DNA of 64,000 bases, from NCBI GenBank assembly GCA_965197745.1, contig CBDANS010000005.1:416001-480000 (forward strand), given 5' to 3'. The notes under the pieces are model-generated. The model made no database searches, was not told the DNA's origin, and saw only the letters and a list, made by a program, of their open reading frames with translations. Of this stretch, positions 41,298-52,092 are shown in pieces. Position 1 is the first letter of the stretch. Each line of letters opens with the position of its first letter. The stretch comes from Opitutales bacterium (GTDB lineage: Bacteria > Verrucomicrobiota > Verrucomicrobiia > Opitutales > PNEW01). The translations under genes were made by a program, and so were the position numbers.

Positions 41298-41491
41298 GTC
41301 GATGGCAATGCCCTGTATTTAAAACAGGGGTGAGTACTCAGCAGTCCGACCTTTGATATTTTTCATGGATTAATTTTCGATTTTATAGAATCGGCAAATA
41401 GCATACAGGGGTATTTGTTGACATCGATTTGGGGTGATGGTTCATTGATCGCCATAAGAATCTCAGCGAAGTTGCCCATTTAAAATAGGGT

Positions 41492-42013
41492 GTGTATCCC
41501 CTGTTCCATTTCATGACATTCTCTATTAAATATGTCATTATAGTGATATTACTCGTTTGCGTCTTGGGATTTGTAATCTTGTCAGGGACGCGGAGTGAAG
41601 AGCGAAAAATTACTAAAAGATTAGGCGCGCTTCTTGAGTTGAATGAAAAAACCGGGTCGGAGAATAATCTCAATGCCCTGGTCAAAGCACGGAAAGCGGC
41701 GAATTTTTTTTTGGAAGATTGCGCTGTTGATCTCCCTTTCGGAAGTAAAATGGTGGCGGGGCGCGATCTTCTTACGGGGTCCATTGTTTAGCTGCGGTCC
41801 TAATCGAATACAATATCATTTTCAATAAGAGAACGTACATTCACTCTTGCCTCGAACGAAGTGTCGGCCGAAATGGGCGTTAAAGTTAAAGTGACGGGAA
41901 ATTATATAAACGGTGATTATAATGACTTGATAAAATTCTATCTCGAATGGGAAAAAGTTGATGGGGAATGGTATATTGAGCGCGTCTCGATACCTGAATA
42001 TCAGCAAAGGTAG
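41492..42013 (+). pseudogene. Membrane-anchored NTF2-like protein gene with two in-frame stops
   Basis: The frame continues past TAG 41789-41791 and TAA 41801-41803 to ...FYLEWEKVDGEWYIERVSIPEYQQR, stop at 42011-42013. Confidence 0.75.
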
Positions 42014-42090
42014 GGATGGGTAAATTGACTATCCCGACTTTTTTAATTCAATTCTTGATTATCGTGAAATCCCTTTTAGATTTTTCATAA

Positions 42091-42855
42091 ATGAAATCAC
42101 CAATGCTCGATCAAGATCAAATTCAACATTTTAAAAATAACGGTTATCTCACGGGAATCCCTATTGTTGATGAAGCCGGATCCGGCCGTTATCGACAGCA
42201 ATTCGATGAATTAGAAAAGGTCGAGGGAAAGGAGAATAGTCAGATTGGATTACAGGGAAGACACGGTGATGTAGAATTCATTTGGGACCTTGCTTCGAAC
42301 CCGAAAATCCTTGATTGCATTGAAGCGTTGCTTGGTCCGGACATTCTGCTTCTGGCATCACATTGTTTTTGTAAATACGGGGATGGGGAAAAGTCATCCA
42401 AGTTTGTCGCCTGGCACCAGGATGCCACCTATTGGGGGTTAAAACCACCGGTTACGATAACGGCCTGGTATGCCATTGATGATAGCAATCAGGAGAATGG
42501 CTGCATGCGGTGCATCCCCGGTAGTCATAAAGCAGGTCTGCGTTCGCATGGGAAGTCATTGCAGAAAGGTAATTTATTAAGTATCAATCAAGAAGTAGAA
42601 GTGAGTGAAGCGGAGGAAGAAAAAGCCGTAGATCTGGTCCTGAAAGCGGGGGAAATATCACTGCATGATGGCATTATTATTCACGGCAGCCTTCCCAATC
42701 AATCTTCTCATCGCCGTTGCGGTTTGACTCTGCGCTATGTCCCTTCCTTTGTCCGGAATGTTGCCAAAAATTCTCTTGGAAAGAAATGGGGAGCAGTCTT
42801 GATGAGAGGTGAAGCGAGGGAAGATCATTTTAAGATTAAAGAGAACCCATTTTAG
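42091..42855 (+). CDS. PhyH-family Fe/2OG dioxygenase
   Basis: AWHQDATYWG, NGCMRCIPGSH, HGSLPNQS..RRCG. Confidence 0.92.
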   Translation: MKSPMLDQDQIQHFKNNGYLTGIPIVDEAGSGRYRQQFDELEKVEGKENSQIGLQGRHGDVEFIWDLASNPKILDCIEALLGPDILLLASHCFCKYGDGEKSSKFVAWHQDATYWGLKPPVTITAWYAIDDSNQENGCMRCIPGSHKAGLRSHGKSLQKGNLLSINQEVEVSEAEEEKAVDLVLKAGEISLHDGIIIHGSLPNQSSHRRCGLTLRYVPSFVRNVAKNSLGKKWGAVLMRGEAREDHFKIKENPF

Positions 42856-42936
42856 GGAGGAAGATAAGACATTCCCAGGTTTATTAATCCGGAATATCTA
42901 TTTATTGAATTGGGCGAAGGGGATAGATAGAGTTTA

Positions 42937-43445
42937 TTATCGCGAGATATAGTAGACTCTTTCTGCTGAGAGATCATACCCACCGGAAATATTTATTAAA
43001 TTGTTTGGGGTTGAGTAATCAAACGAATATCCCTCAACAATGGTTGCTTTGGTCATCGCTTCCCATTTTATAAACTGTTCTTCCTCGCTGAGTTTATCCA
43101 TGCCTTCGATGGGGGTATCGGTGTAGAATAGATAACGCGTAATGGTCAGGGGTTTCTTATCTAATTCTTCAATTTGCAGGTCATTTTCTTTAGCCCAAAT
43201 TATGAAGTCGTTTTTGGATATGGAAAACTCATATACATAAAACCGCTGATCTATATAAAAAGAAACGTTTGAAGCAGTCTTAGGCAGCCAATCCACGGAA
43301 TCTAAATTCTCACCGAATTCAAAATCAGATCCACTATAGATAATGATATTTACGACTATTATTAAAATAATCAGGGTGCTTAGAATTGCCAGTTTTCGAA
43401 TGTCACCAAACGCTTCGCCGAAATTTTGTGAGAAAGTTTCTGCTT
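42937..43445 (-). CDS. Downstream (-1) frame of a split gene: TM helix plus hypothetical domain
   Basis: The frame is open well upstream of the called GTG at 43296 and reads ...IRKLAILSTLIILIIVVNIIIYSGSDFEFGENLDSVDWLP... Confidence 0.6.
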
Positions 43446-43826
43446 TGGGGGAGCGGGACGGTCCCTTTTGGCTTCTATTTTATATGATTTATATTCAATC
43501 TCTTCCTCTGGCTTTTCGGTCCCAACTTCGGTTTTCTTATCAATCGTCAATCGTTCTATAAATCCGTCTTTTCCTATATCATTTTCGGCGTCGTAAATAT
43601 TGAAGTAATATCCGGCAATATCACTCGAGCCGTCTTCACTCTTTTTATGAGCGGCATACATCATCACCGTGCTGAAAGTGGCTCCGCTGGGGACTTCGTA
43701 TGAATCAATTTTTATACTCTTCGACTCCGATTCACTTTTAAATTCCTCAGCTTTTCTCATGCTGCTAAATGCAGCGACCGCTTTTTGCGAGCCATTGGAA
43801 TGGTCAATAATGATGTAAAAAGTCAT
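43380..43826 (-). CDS. Hypothetical protein (N-terminal half of a probable frameshifted gene)
   Basis: 148-aa ORF overlapping the open downstream frame. Confidence 0.65.
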   Translation of the reverse strand: MTFYIIIDHSNGSQKAVAAFSSMRKAEEFKSESESKSIKIDSYEVPSGATFSTVMMYAAHKKSEDGSSDIAGYYFNIYDAENDIGKDGFIERLTIDKKTEVGTEKPEEEIEYKSYKIEAKRDRPAPPKQKLSHKISAKRLVTFENWQF

Positions 43827-44015
43827 TTGAGAAATATTACTTTATGCTTTGTTAGATATGCTAACCAATCATCTGCAAGAATTTAAAGATAAAACTATAT
43901 CTTGGAGCAATATAGTCAATAAATGAGATCAGCTAAGGGGACAACACTTCTTGGAAATTGAGGGAAGAAAGTCAAGGCGCGGGAAGAAGCTCAAAGCAAG
44001 TGAATTATGGAATAC

Positions 44016-45149
44016 TTAAGCCGACTCAGGGGTCAGACATTCATTGAAGAAAGATATAATAACTGCGCATTCCAGACCAAAAGGTAAATAGCCAAGGTAA
44101 CCGGCCAACGGCATTTCAAAGATATGAAAAGCTTGAAAATAAGGTATCGTATAGACCCATTTCGCGAAGCTGAAGAAGTTCCACATTTCCCAGCAAAAAC
44201 CACAAATTAAAGCAGCGAAAGCCCAGGTTAATGTGTAGGAGCAGGTCCCCCGGGTTATCCCACCAAGGTTAATGGGGCGACCCGATATCCGGTTAATAGA
44301 TAACCAGCATAATAATGGGCCCGCCCAGAGAAGGGGGTAAACGATGTGAGGATAAAGCCCAATGAAAACAAAGGCTAGAGAAAGAGCAAAAAGAATAATT
44401 ATGGCCAACTCTTTTTCCCAGGGTAATACCACGGGAGGACAATGGTCCAGATAGCTCTGTAAGGAGGGGTAGGTTTGTAGCAATTGTTGCGTACTGAATA
44501 CAGCTGGGAGCACCGTGGAGAATGACAATGAAGCGTGAATAAAGTACTCACCTACGCTTACTTCATCGAGGCCCAGGTACCGCCAATTATAGACAAAACG
44601 GTTTAAATATTCAAAGCCCCACCAAAATACCGAACTAAGAGGAAAGTATAAAAAGAATAGTTTCGGACGCTCAAACATGGGAGAGGATTCGATTCGCCAG
44701 TGAATCAATGCGTTGATTACTATAATATAGGCAAGCCAGAGGGGGGTAAAAGTATACAATTGAAATGCCGAGAACCAGGAATAGCGACTCCATGCTAAAA
44801 TCCAAAATGTGACAAGAGCGGCAATTCCTATCCACCCCCAACGGGGAAATGGCTGTTTTTTACGATTGTGTTCCTGAGATAGGACAGGGCTTGATTTTCT
44901 CAAGCCCAGGTATATTCCAATAATCGCTGAAACCAAAACGACAAGGAGGCAAAACAGATAGGGAGAAAAATGCGGGTAGTCAGATGGTGCTGCAGGAGGA
45001 GGAAATCGAAAGTAAGGTTTGAGAGAATTTCCCGTCAGAGACACTCCGATCAGGGGTAATCCAAGGCAAATAAAAGCAAGTAATAATATTTTAATAAACC
45101 TGAGACTAATAGGTCTCTTATCTCCGCTGATATTTTTATCCCACTCCAT
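44016..45149 (-). CDS. Multi-pass membrane protein of unknown function
   Basis: About 10 hydrophobic segments; FWWGFEYLNRFV.NW.Y and FEMPLAGYLGYLPFGLE; the ATG at 45149 follows the upstream stop. Confidence 0.85.
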   Translation of the reverse strand: MEWDKNISGDKRPISLRFIKILLLAFICLGLPLIGVSLTGNSLKPYFRFPPPAAPSDYPHFSPYLFCLLVVLVSAIIGIYLGLRKSSPVLSQEHNRKKQPFPRWGWIGIAALVTFWILAWSRYSWFSAFQLYTFTPLWLAYIIVINALIHWRIESSPMFERPKLFFLYFPLSSVFWWGFEYLNRFVYNWRYLGLDEVSVGEYFIHASLSFSTVLPAVFSTQQLLQTYPSLQSYLDHCPPVVLPWEKELAIIILFALSLAFVFIGLYPHIVYPLLWAGPLLCWLSINRISGRPINLGGITRGTCSYTLTWAFAALICGFCWEMWNFFSFAKWVYTIPYFQAFHIFEMPLAGYLGYLPFGLECAVIISFFNECLTPESA

Positions 45150-45151
45150 AT

Positions 45152-46102
45152 TCAGGGTGTCGACCCATTGAGGACACGCAAGTGTTGGTAGACAGAGCGG
45201 GGAAGCGCTTCTAAATCGTATCCTCCTTCTAAAATTGAAACAAGACGACCTTGACAATACTTGGCCGCAATCTCCTGGACCATAGCAGATAATTCGCCAT
45301 AGTCTTCATCTTCCAGGTTGATGGCCGCGAGCGGATCATTGTGATGCGCGTCGAAACCTGCGGAAATGAGAATTAAATCCGGTTTGAATAATTCCGCTGC
45401 CGGCTTAAGTTTATTAATAAACGCATCTTTATAACGCTCAATTCCCGCACCGGCGGAGATGGGAGCGTTCAGCGTGAATCCTGTTCCCGATCCGGATCCG
45501 ATTTCACTTGCGGCACCCGATCCGGGGTAAAAGGGGAATTGGTGGGTGCTGAAAAAAAAGACGGTGGAATCCCCATAGAAGCTGTCCTGAGTGCCGTTGC
45601 CATGATGCACATCCCAATCGATGATAAGAATATTTTTCAGACCATATTCGATTTGGGCATAACGGGCGGCAATTGCTATATTATTAAAAAAACAAAATCC
45701 CATAGCCGCACTGTGGAGTGCGTGATGCCCCGGAGGGCGACTACAGCAGAATGCATTATGGTGCCCATCCTTGAGGACGGAATCCACACCCTTGAGGGCC
45801 GCTCCTGCAGCGAGGCGGGCAATCAGGTAGGATTCTGGACAAGACCGGGTATCACCCTGATCTATTATAAGTTCACCCGATGCGCATGCATTTTTGACAT
45901 ATTTTCTGTATGCAACACTATGATTAGTCTCGATCCAGCGCACTTCAGCCGGTTCCGGCTCAATCCATGCGATCGCATTGGAGAGATCTGAATTCTTAAT
46001 GAACTCATAGACAATCCGGGCACGTGTTTTCGTTTCGGGATGTGAAATTCCCGTATCGTGCAATTCGAAATCGGGATGATAGATAAATGCGGTCTGCGCC
46101 AT
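45152..46102 (-). CDS. Histone deacetylase-family (AcuC/AphA-like) zinc amidohydrolase
   Basis: HPE, RPPGHHA, GFCFFNN, DWDVHHGNGTQ, SAGFDAH..DPL, LEGGY. Confidence 0.96.
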   Translation of the reverse strand: MAQTAFIYHPDFELHDTGISHPETKTRARIVYEFIKNSDLSNAIAWIEPEPAEVRWIETNHSVAYRKYVKNACASGELIIDQGDTRSCPESYLIARLAAGAALKGVDSVLKDGHHNAFCCSRPPGHHALHSAAMGFCFFNNIAIAARYAQIEYGLKNILIIDWDVHHGNGTQDSFYGDSTVFFFSTHQFPFYPGSGAASEIGSGSGTGFTLNAPISAGAGIERYKDAFINKLKPAAELFKPDLILISAGFDAHHNDPLAAINLEDEDYGELSAMVQEIAAKYCQGRLVSILEGGYDLEALPRSVYQHLRVLNGSTP

Positions 46103-46170
46103 TTAGTTGAAGAGTAGGGGATAGCGCTAATGCTAACAGCTAAATTGGGTTAATATTAATGAGGTGTGCG

Positions 46171-46935
46171 TTAGGCGACCTTGGCCGGGCAGCGTCCCAA
46201 AGCCATGATTTTATTTGAGAGCAATTTTATTCGGCGGTCATGAGCAATGGCGCGGGTATCGTAATGGCGAAGAAGATTCCAAAAAAGATGAGAGTGATCG
46301 AGATGAATTAAATGAGCTAATTCGTGAAGGATAATGTAATCATGTAATTCAGGTTCTAAGAGAATCAGCCTCCAGTTCAGGGAGACGTGAGCATCTTCCG
46401 TACAGGTTCCCCAAACCGTTGACTGATCGCGCACCGTAACCTGTTTTACATTTATGTCGTGACGGTCAGCCAAATTTAAAGCATGCTTTTTTATAAGGTC
46501 TCGGGAAAAGGGATAAAGGACTTGTTTAATAGGTTCTTCACGATCGTGACCCGGATCGAAACGAATGGTTACCGCACCTGCGGAGTCGTCGTATAAAAGA
46601 GTGGGACCCCCTTTAATAAAACCGATGTTAAGGCTGAGTTTTTGAGAAGCAGAGGATATAAACTTATTCTTATGAAGATATTCAAACAGTGTCACATGGC
46701 GCGTTGATTTCTTGTAATGTTCATCGATCCAGTCTCCGTGACTCTTCAGAAATTGAATAGCTTCTTTTTCTGAAGCGCGCCAGGGAATGGTGACAATGAC
46801 AGTATTGATGGGGTCTATATTCAATCTGAAATGCCTGGATTTTTTCGAGCGCCGGATTTCAAAATAGACCAGCATTTTCCCCCCTGCGGTATCGACTTCG
46901 CAGAAGTTATTTGAGCTTTCTTTGACGCTGTACAT
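46171..46935 (-). CDS. YgjP/DUF45-like zinc metallohydrolase
   Basis: VRDQSTVWGTC, LNWRL, YIILHELAHL.H.DHS..FW. Confidence 0.88.
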   Translation of the reverse strand: MYSVKESSNNFCEVDTAGGKMLVYFEIRRSKKSRHFRLNIDPINTVIVTIPWRASEKEAIQFLKSHGDWIDEHYKKSTRHVTLFEYLHKNKFISSASQKLSLNIGFIKGGPTLLYDDSAGAVTIRFDPGHDREEPIKQVLYPFSRDLIKKHALNLADRHDINVKQVTVRDQSTVWGTCTEDAHVSLNWRLILLEPELHDYIILHELAHLIHLDHSHLFWNLLRHYDTRAIAHDRRIKLLSNKIMALGRCPAKVA

Positions 46936-47578
46936 CCTTAATTTTATCTATCAAATTACTCGAGTAGCGTCGGAGCGCTGATTCAGGATCGATAGCTGCC
47001 AACCTGCAGGCAGCTGCTATTTCGAAAAGAAGAGCTCCGGCTTCTTCTTCATTCAAACTTTTACTTAATTCAGTTAACTTTTCTTCATCGAGTTCACTCC
47101 CGGTATCGAGCTTACCCTTCTGGATTTGTTTGTATACGTCTTTTGCATATAAAAGCGCCGGCAGGCTGGATGGTAATTCCTTAAATAAATTCGAAGAATC
47201 AGGGGTATTTTTTCTTTCACTTGCTTTAATTTCCTCCCATTGGGCCAAGACTTCATCGGGTTCACTTAAGCGCTTGTCCCCAAAAACATGGGGGTGCCTG
47301 CGAATGAGCTTCTCGTTGATTTTTGCGGCCACGGTTTGCAGGTCAAATCCGCTGGCTTCTTCAGCTAATTGCGCATGCATGACCACTTGCAGGAGAACAT
47401 CACCGAGTTCTTCACACATATTTTCCATATTATTTTGATCAATGGAATCGAGAAGTTCGGCGCACTCTTCTATGAGGCAATGGGCAAGAGACTGGTGAGA
47501 CTGCTTTTGATCCCAGGGGCAGCCATTGGGTCCACGCAAGTGAGCGACCGTATTTTTTAATTCTCGTATCTGATCCAT
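46907..47578 (-). CDS. mazG: MazG-family nucleoside triphosphate pyrophosphohydrolase
   Basis: GCPWD..Q, EELGDVLLQVV.HA, KLIRRHPHVFG. Confidence 0.9.
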   Translation of the reverse strand: MDQIRELKNTVAHLRGPNGCPWDQKQSHQSLAHCLIEECAELLDSIDQNNMENMCEELGDVLLQVVMHAQLAEEASGFDLQTVAAKINEKLIRRHPHVFGDKRLSEPDEVLAQWEEIKASERKNTPDSSNLFKELPSSLPALLYAKDVYKQIQKGKLDTGSELDEEKLTELSKSLNEEEAGALLFEIAAACRLAAIDPESALRRYSSNLIDKIKDVQRQRKLK

Positions 47579-47662
47579 GTTTGCAGTTTCTTAAATTTTT
47601 CTTTCTTTATCTAATTATAATATCATATTTGGCAACCGGTAATAACTAAACTTGCTTTAAGG

Positions 47663-48457
47663 GTGGATAGACTAAATGAAATTATGGAGTGGAAACGACT
47701 GGAAATTGCCAGCCGCATCCGCCCGGTAGGGAATGATGAATTATCGCGTTTATCGGTAAGAGATAAACCGGGATTAACTTTCCAGAACGCCTTAACGGCA
47801 TCCGATGGGCTCAGTATAGTCGCCGAGATAAAACGTTCATCGCCCAGTGCCGGTGAAATTGCCCTTGACGCTGGTGCTGCTGAACAGGCGCGTAAGTATT
47901 ACAATGCGGGTGTTGAGGCTATTTCCGTGCTTACGGATGAAAAATATTTTTCGGGGCACTTACGCGATCTCTGGGAGGTGACTGATTTTTTAGGATTACG
48001 AGATGATCCGGTTCCCTGTTTGCGCAAGGATTTTTTTATTCACCCCATTCAAGTAATTGAGGCAGCCGAAGCAGGGGCAAGAGCAATACTCCTGATCGTA
48101 CGCGCGCTGGCTGATGATGAAATAAAGGCTCTTTTCGATGCAGCTGAACTGGCGGGGCTTGATTCTTTATTCGAAATTCATAATGAACGGGAAATGGAGC
48201 GAGCGATCCAGAGCGGTGCGAGCATCGTTGGCGTGAATAATCGGGATCTCTCAATTTTTGTCACGGACTTGAAAATTTCAGAAGAACTCATTCCGCAACT
48301 GCCTGAAGATATTATCGCAATCAGTGAAAGCGGTATTTTAAGTGTCGATGATGCCGCGAGAGTGCGCGAGGTGGGAGCCGACGCCGTAATTATTGGCGAA
48401 GCCCTTATGCGGTTGGATGAGCCGGGGGAATTAATTACCGCGATACATGATCTATGA
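47663..48457 (+). CDS. trpC: Indole-3-glycerol phosphate synthase
   Basis: AEIKRSSPSAG, SVLTDEKYF.G, LRKDF, GVNNRDL, SESGI. Confidence 0.96.
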   Translation: MDRLNEIMEWKRLEIASRIRPVGNDELSRLSVRDKPGLTFQNALTASDGLSIVAEIKRSSPSAGEIALDAGAAEQARKYYNAGVEAISVLTDEKYFSGHLRDLWEVTDFLGLRDDPVPCLRKDFFIHPIQVIEAAEAGARAILLIVRALADDEIKALFDAAELAGLDSLFEIHNEREMERAIQSGASIVGVNNRDLSIFVTDLKISEELIPQLPEDIIAISESGILSVDDAARVREVGADAVIIGEALMRLDEPGELITAIHDL

Positions 48458-48467
48458 TTGAGTAATT

Positions 48468-49301
48468 ATGGTTGGCGGTATTCTTACACCCTCACAAACC
48501 CGTATTCTGGTTGAGCGGCTTGGAATAAAACCGCGTAAAACCCTCGGGCAAAATTTTCTTATTGATGGAAATATTGTTCGTAAATCCCTGCAACTTTCCA
48601 ATCTGCGTAAAGGTGATACGATCATTGAAATCGGCCCGGGTCTTGGGACATTGACACACGCCCTGCTGGCGGCAGGCGCGAAGGTTCACACCATCGAGAG
48701 AGACGCCACCTTGGCCGAGTATCTGGAGTCTACGCTGATCCCTGAATATGAATCGCAGTTTTTTCTCGTTCGGGGCGATGCCCTTTCAAATCCACTTGCC
48801 GGATATGAACCGGAACCCGAGAAAAGCTTTAAAATAGTCTCAAACCTTCCCTATGCCATCGTTACTCCCTGGCTTGATGCCATCCTTGATGGCCCCCTTC
48901 CCGTCTGTATGGTCCTGATGTTGCAAAAGGAAGCCGCCGATCGATTGATAGCCGTTCCAGGAGGTAAAAACTACGGAGCTGCCTCTATTTTTCTTCAATC
49001 TGCCTATGCATCAAAACCTGGACATAAAGTTTCGCAACGGTGCTTTTATCCTGTTCCGGCCGTCGATTCCGTATTGTTAAATCTCGTTCGGCGAAAAATC
49101 CCTTTTGTCTTTAAGAAAAAGACGAAGCTGATAATCCGAGGATTTTTCACACAGAGACGTAAACAAATAGGCACCCTGCTCAGAGATTTTTCCGAACTGG
49201 AACCCTGGATAAATAATCTCAGGACAGTGGGAATTGCCACTCAATCCCGGGCAGAAGCGATCCCGCTTCAACATTGGCAAAAACTGGATGAGTATTTTTA
49301 A
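48468..49301 (+). CDS. rsmA: 16S rRNA m6,2A dimethyltransferase
   Basis: LGQNFLID, IEIGPGLG.LT, SNLPYAI, MLQKE, FYPVPAVDS. Confidence 0.95.
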   Translation: MVGGILTPSQTRILVERLGIKPRKTLGQNFLIDGNIVRKSLQLSNLRKGDTIIEIGPGLGTLTHALLAAGAKVHTIERDATLAEYLESTLIPEYESQFFLVRGDALSNPLAGYEPEPEKSFKIVSNLPYAIVTPWLDAILDGPLPVCMVLMLQKEAADRLIAVPGGKNYGAASIFLQSAYASKPGHKVSQRCFYPVPAVDSVLLNLVRRKIPFVFKKKTKLIIRGFFTQRRKQIGTLLRDFSELEPWINNLRTVGIATQSRAEAIPLQHWQKLDEYF

Positions 49302-49320
49302 GCGGTATGGGGGATAAATC

Positions 49321-49712
49321 TAAGATTATCGCTCAAACTTCATAACGGCCACGACAACGCGTGGCCCTCCAGGATAAAAAAATGGAGGGCCACGCGTTGT
49401 CGTGGCCGTCGTTGTAATATATAAAACAGGAGAATAAAATGGAGGGACGCGCATAGCCTTGACGATAGCTGATCGCGTCCGTTGAGATGGTCGAGTTCAA
49501 AGAGTCCCAAATAATTACTCGATCTTCGTCTACGTCCGAGTCTTCGTCCCCGGGTGATCGCAGATAGAGGCAAATCAAGGGTAATTGGACGAAGACGAAG
49601 AGGCAGACGAAGACGAAGAAGTATACGGGAAATGACAAATTTTTGCTATGAGAATAAAATTGAGATTATCGATCAAACTTCCTAGCGGCCACGACGGAGC
49701 GTGGCCCTCCAG
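49321..49712. repeat. Composite REP-containing repeat, about 1.2 units of 340 bp, uninterrupted
   Basis: REPs at 49346-49371, 49383-49408 (perfect inverted pair), 49440-49481 and 49686-49711; hexamer tracts; lies between convergent genes. Confidence 0.92.
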
Positions 49713-49723
49713 GAAAATAAACC

Positions 49724-51421
49724 TTACCACCCCAACATGGCATTGAGACGGGCGAGCATCATATTACCTACAGCGTCAAAGGAGAACTTTTCTTTAATAG
49801 TGTCAGCGGCATTGAGAGCAAGTTTTCGATATAGATTTTCATCTTCAAATAATTTTTTCAATTGGTAGGCGGCATGATCCGTATCCGCATTGGCCCATAC
49901 CTGGCCGGCACGGTAATGTCCCGCATCGTTTTCAAGTTTCACCAATTCATAGTTCACGGGACATCCATTATTCTCATCAATGAATTCAGCAGGAGCAGAC
50001 CAGTTGGTACTCACTACCGGTTTTTGAAGATACATCGCTTCCGCAAGTCCCAGACCGAATCCCTCAGATCGATGCAGGGATACAAAAACGTCGCAACATT
50101 TTATCAATTCATAGATTTGTTGACGTTCTAAAGTTACATTCAAGATAGAGATATTCGACATAGTTGATACCTGCTCTTTTAAATTAATAAAATCCGGAAA
50201 TTCATCTTTTGCGTTGTGCACTTTAATCAGGAGGTGAACGGAGCTATTATCGGAAAATTCCTTGAGAAATGAATTTATAGCGGCATGCGGATTTTTGCGA
50301 TCCTGATTGGATCCATAATCATACATGCACAGGAAAATAAAGGTCTTTTCTGGAATATTAAAGTCACTCCTCTCGGTCTTACCCTCAATTTCGAATTGAA
50401 CAGGGTGCGGCATAGTGAGAACGGGCACCGGTGATTTCATCATGATCGCATCCCGCGCGAAATCTGAGGGAGTCCATATCTCTTCTACGTAATCGAAATT
50501 CCTAATATATTCATCAGGGAATTCGCTCAATTCCCAGGCCCAATAGCCAATATTAAGTTTCTTTTCGAATATCTTGTGGCCGTGAACTCGTGAGATGTTA
50601 TCCATGGATCCGGGATCAATATGAAATATATTAACGGGATACGAATTGTCCGTTGTTAATTGATCCGATAAAATATTTTTATCGTAAGGTGAGGCGCAGT
50701 AAGTCCTTAATTCGTTGAGATTGGTTGCGATGCCCACTTTGCGGGCAGCTTTCGCGGCGAGACGAGCTCCCTCCGTAATTCCGTTCTGATGCTTGAAATG
50801 AGAGGCAATATTAATCCCCAATGTCCTATGGTGATCGAGAAATGAAGTTGCCGGCAAAAAAACTTTCGTCGCGTTGAAATCAATTAAACCGAAATCGCCA
50901 ATTGATATTTTAGATATTTTTAAACGTCTCTTCCCTGTTTCGTTAATATATTTATTAAGGAATTTGCGTATCACTTCAGGCATTATAAAATAAAAATAGC
51001 TTCTCCCGAGACTGGCGAAGAAGGATCTCAATCTGACTTTATTTAAGCGTATTTTAATTTGATTATTATTTTTCTTCAGAATCCTACCGGGATAGCTGAG
51101 TTTATACGAAAATTTACCGTAATTGAATAAAGTACAAGTTTTTAACCGTTTATGATTTAAATATACGGAAAAAGAAAAAGACTTTGCTTTTTTACCGGAG
51201 AGAAGCTCTGAAGTTAAGCCGTAGAATCCTTCTATCGTAATGTCGCCGTCCAGGCCTGGAGGGATAAAGACCACAGCTATATTATCGGGAATCCACCGTC
51301 CTTTAAAGAGATCTCCGGTATCTGTTTTAAAACCCAGGTAGAGCGGTGCTTTAGACTCTATCTTTCGAGTCGTGATATTTATATGGCGATATCCATCCAG
51401 GTATGAATTTTTAAGTTTCAT
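49724..51421 (-). CDS. GT-B glycosyltransferase (family 4-like) with N-terminal extension
   Basis: [41 protein letters not shown]. Confidence 0.9.
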   Translation of the reverse strand: MKLKNSYLDGYRHINITTRKIESKAPLYLGFKTDTGDLFKGRWIPDNIAVVFIPPGLDGDITIEGFYGLTSELLSGKKAKSFSFSVYLNHKRLKTCTLFNYGKFSYKLSYPGRILKKNNNQIKIRLNKVRLRSFFASLGRSYFYFIMPEVIRKFLNKYINETGKRRLKISKISIGDFGLIDFNATKVFLPATSFLDHHRTLGINIASHFKHQNGITEGARLAAKAARKVGIATNLNELRTYCASPYDKNILSDQLTTDNSYPVNIFHIDPGSMDNISRVHGHKIFEKKLNIGYWAWELSEFPDEYIRNFDYVEEIWTPSDFARDAIMMKSPVPVLTMPHPVQFEIEGKTERSDFNIPEKTFIFLCMYDYGSNQDRKNPHAAINSFLKEFSDNSSVHLLIKVHNAKDEFPDFINLKEQVSTMSNISILNVTLERQQIYELIKCCDVFVSLHRSEGFGLGLAEAMYLQKPVVSTNWSAPAEFIDENNGCPVNYELVKLENDAGHYRAGQVWANADTDHAAYQLKKLFEDENLYRKLALNAADTIKEKFSFDAVGNMMLARLNAMLGW

Positions 51422-51593
51422 CGACGAAAAAAAGAACGCATCAATATTGAAACGTCAACTTGTCAAATTCAATTCCTATTACAAGTGTAATCTCTCAGTG
51501 TTCCCGGCTGAAAAAGCAAGGCGAACCGATAATAAATGGGAATATAGGTTGTTTTTTACTTTTCGCATTTGGATTTTAATCTATAAGGAAACT

Positions 51594-51968
51594 ATGAGTA
51601 ATAGAATGCATAAAATTGCCTGTGCCTTCGGCGTCGATAAAGTTAAACGACATATATTTCTCTGTTGTGATCAAACTAAGCCCGAGTGTTGCGACAAAGA
51701 GGTGGGATTAAAGTCCTGGGAATTTCTTAAAGCGCGGCTCAGTGAACTTAAATTATCGGAAAAAGGTGGTATCTACCGCACGAAAGCAAACTGTTTGCGT
51801 ATATGCGAGAACGGTCCCATCGCCGTGATTTACCCTGAAGGTACATGGTACCGGTCCTGTACCCCGGAAGTGTTAGAGAGAATAATTCAGGAACATCTTA
51901 TTGGTGGGCAGCCGGTAAAAGAGTATATGTTTATAGAAAAACCACTGAAAATAGAGAGTGAAATTTGA
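51594..51968 (+). CDS. Thioredoxin-like [2Fe-2S] ferredoxin
   Basis: RHIFLC...[40 protein letters not shown] before the ATG at 51594. Confidence 0.9.
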   Translation: MSNRMHKIACAFGVDKVKRHIFLCCDQTKPECCDKEVGLKSWEFLKARLSELKLSEKGGIYRTKANCLRICENGPIAVIYPEGTWYRSCTPEVLERIIQEHLIGGQPVKEYMFIEKPLKIESEI

Positions 51969-52092
51969 GATATTCGCTCCTCATTAAGTCGGGATTGCAA
52001 TTAGGATGGGTGGTTCAATTCTTTATGTCAGGGAAGACAAGAAGGTTCTACTGGTATTAAAGGGTAGTATGGAAAATACTGATACCCAATAA

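Noticed and set aside
51372..51593. Extended N-terminus of the ferredoxin ORF
   Set aside because: It overlaps the divergent glycosyltransferase start, and the ATG at 51594 has a better RBS
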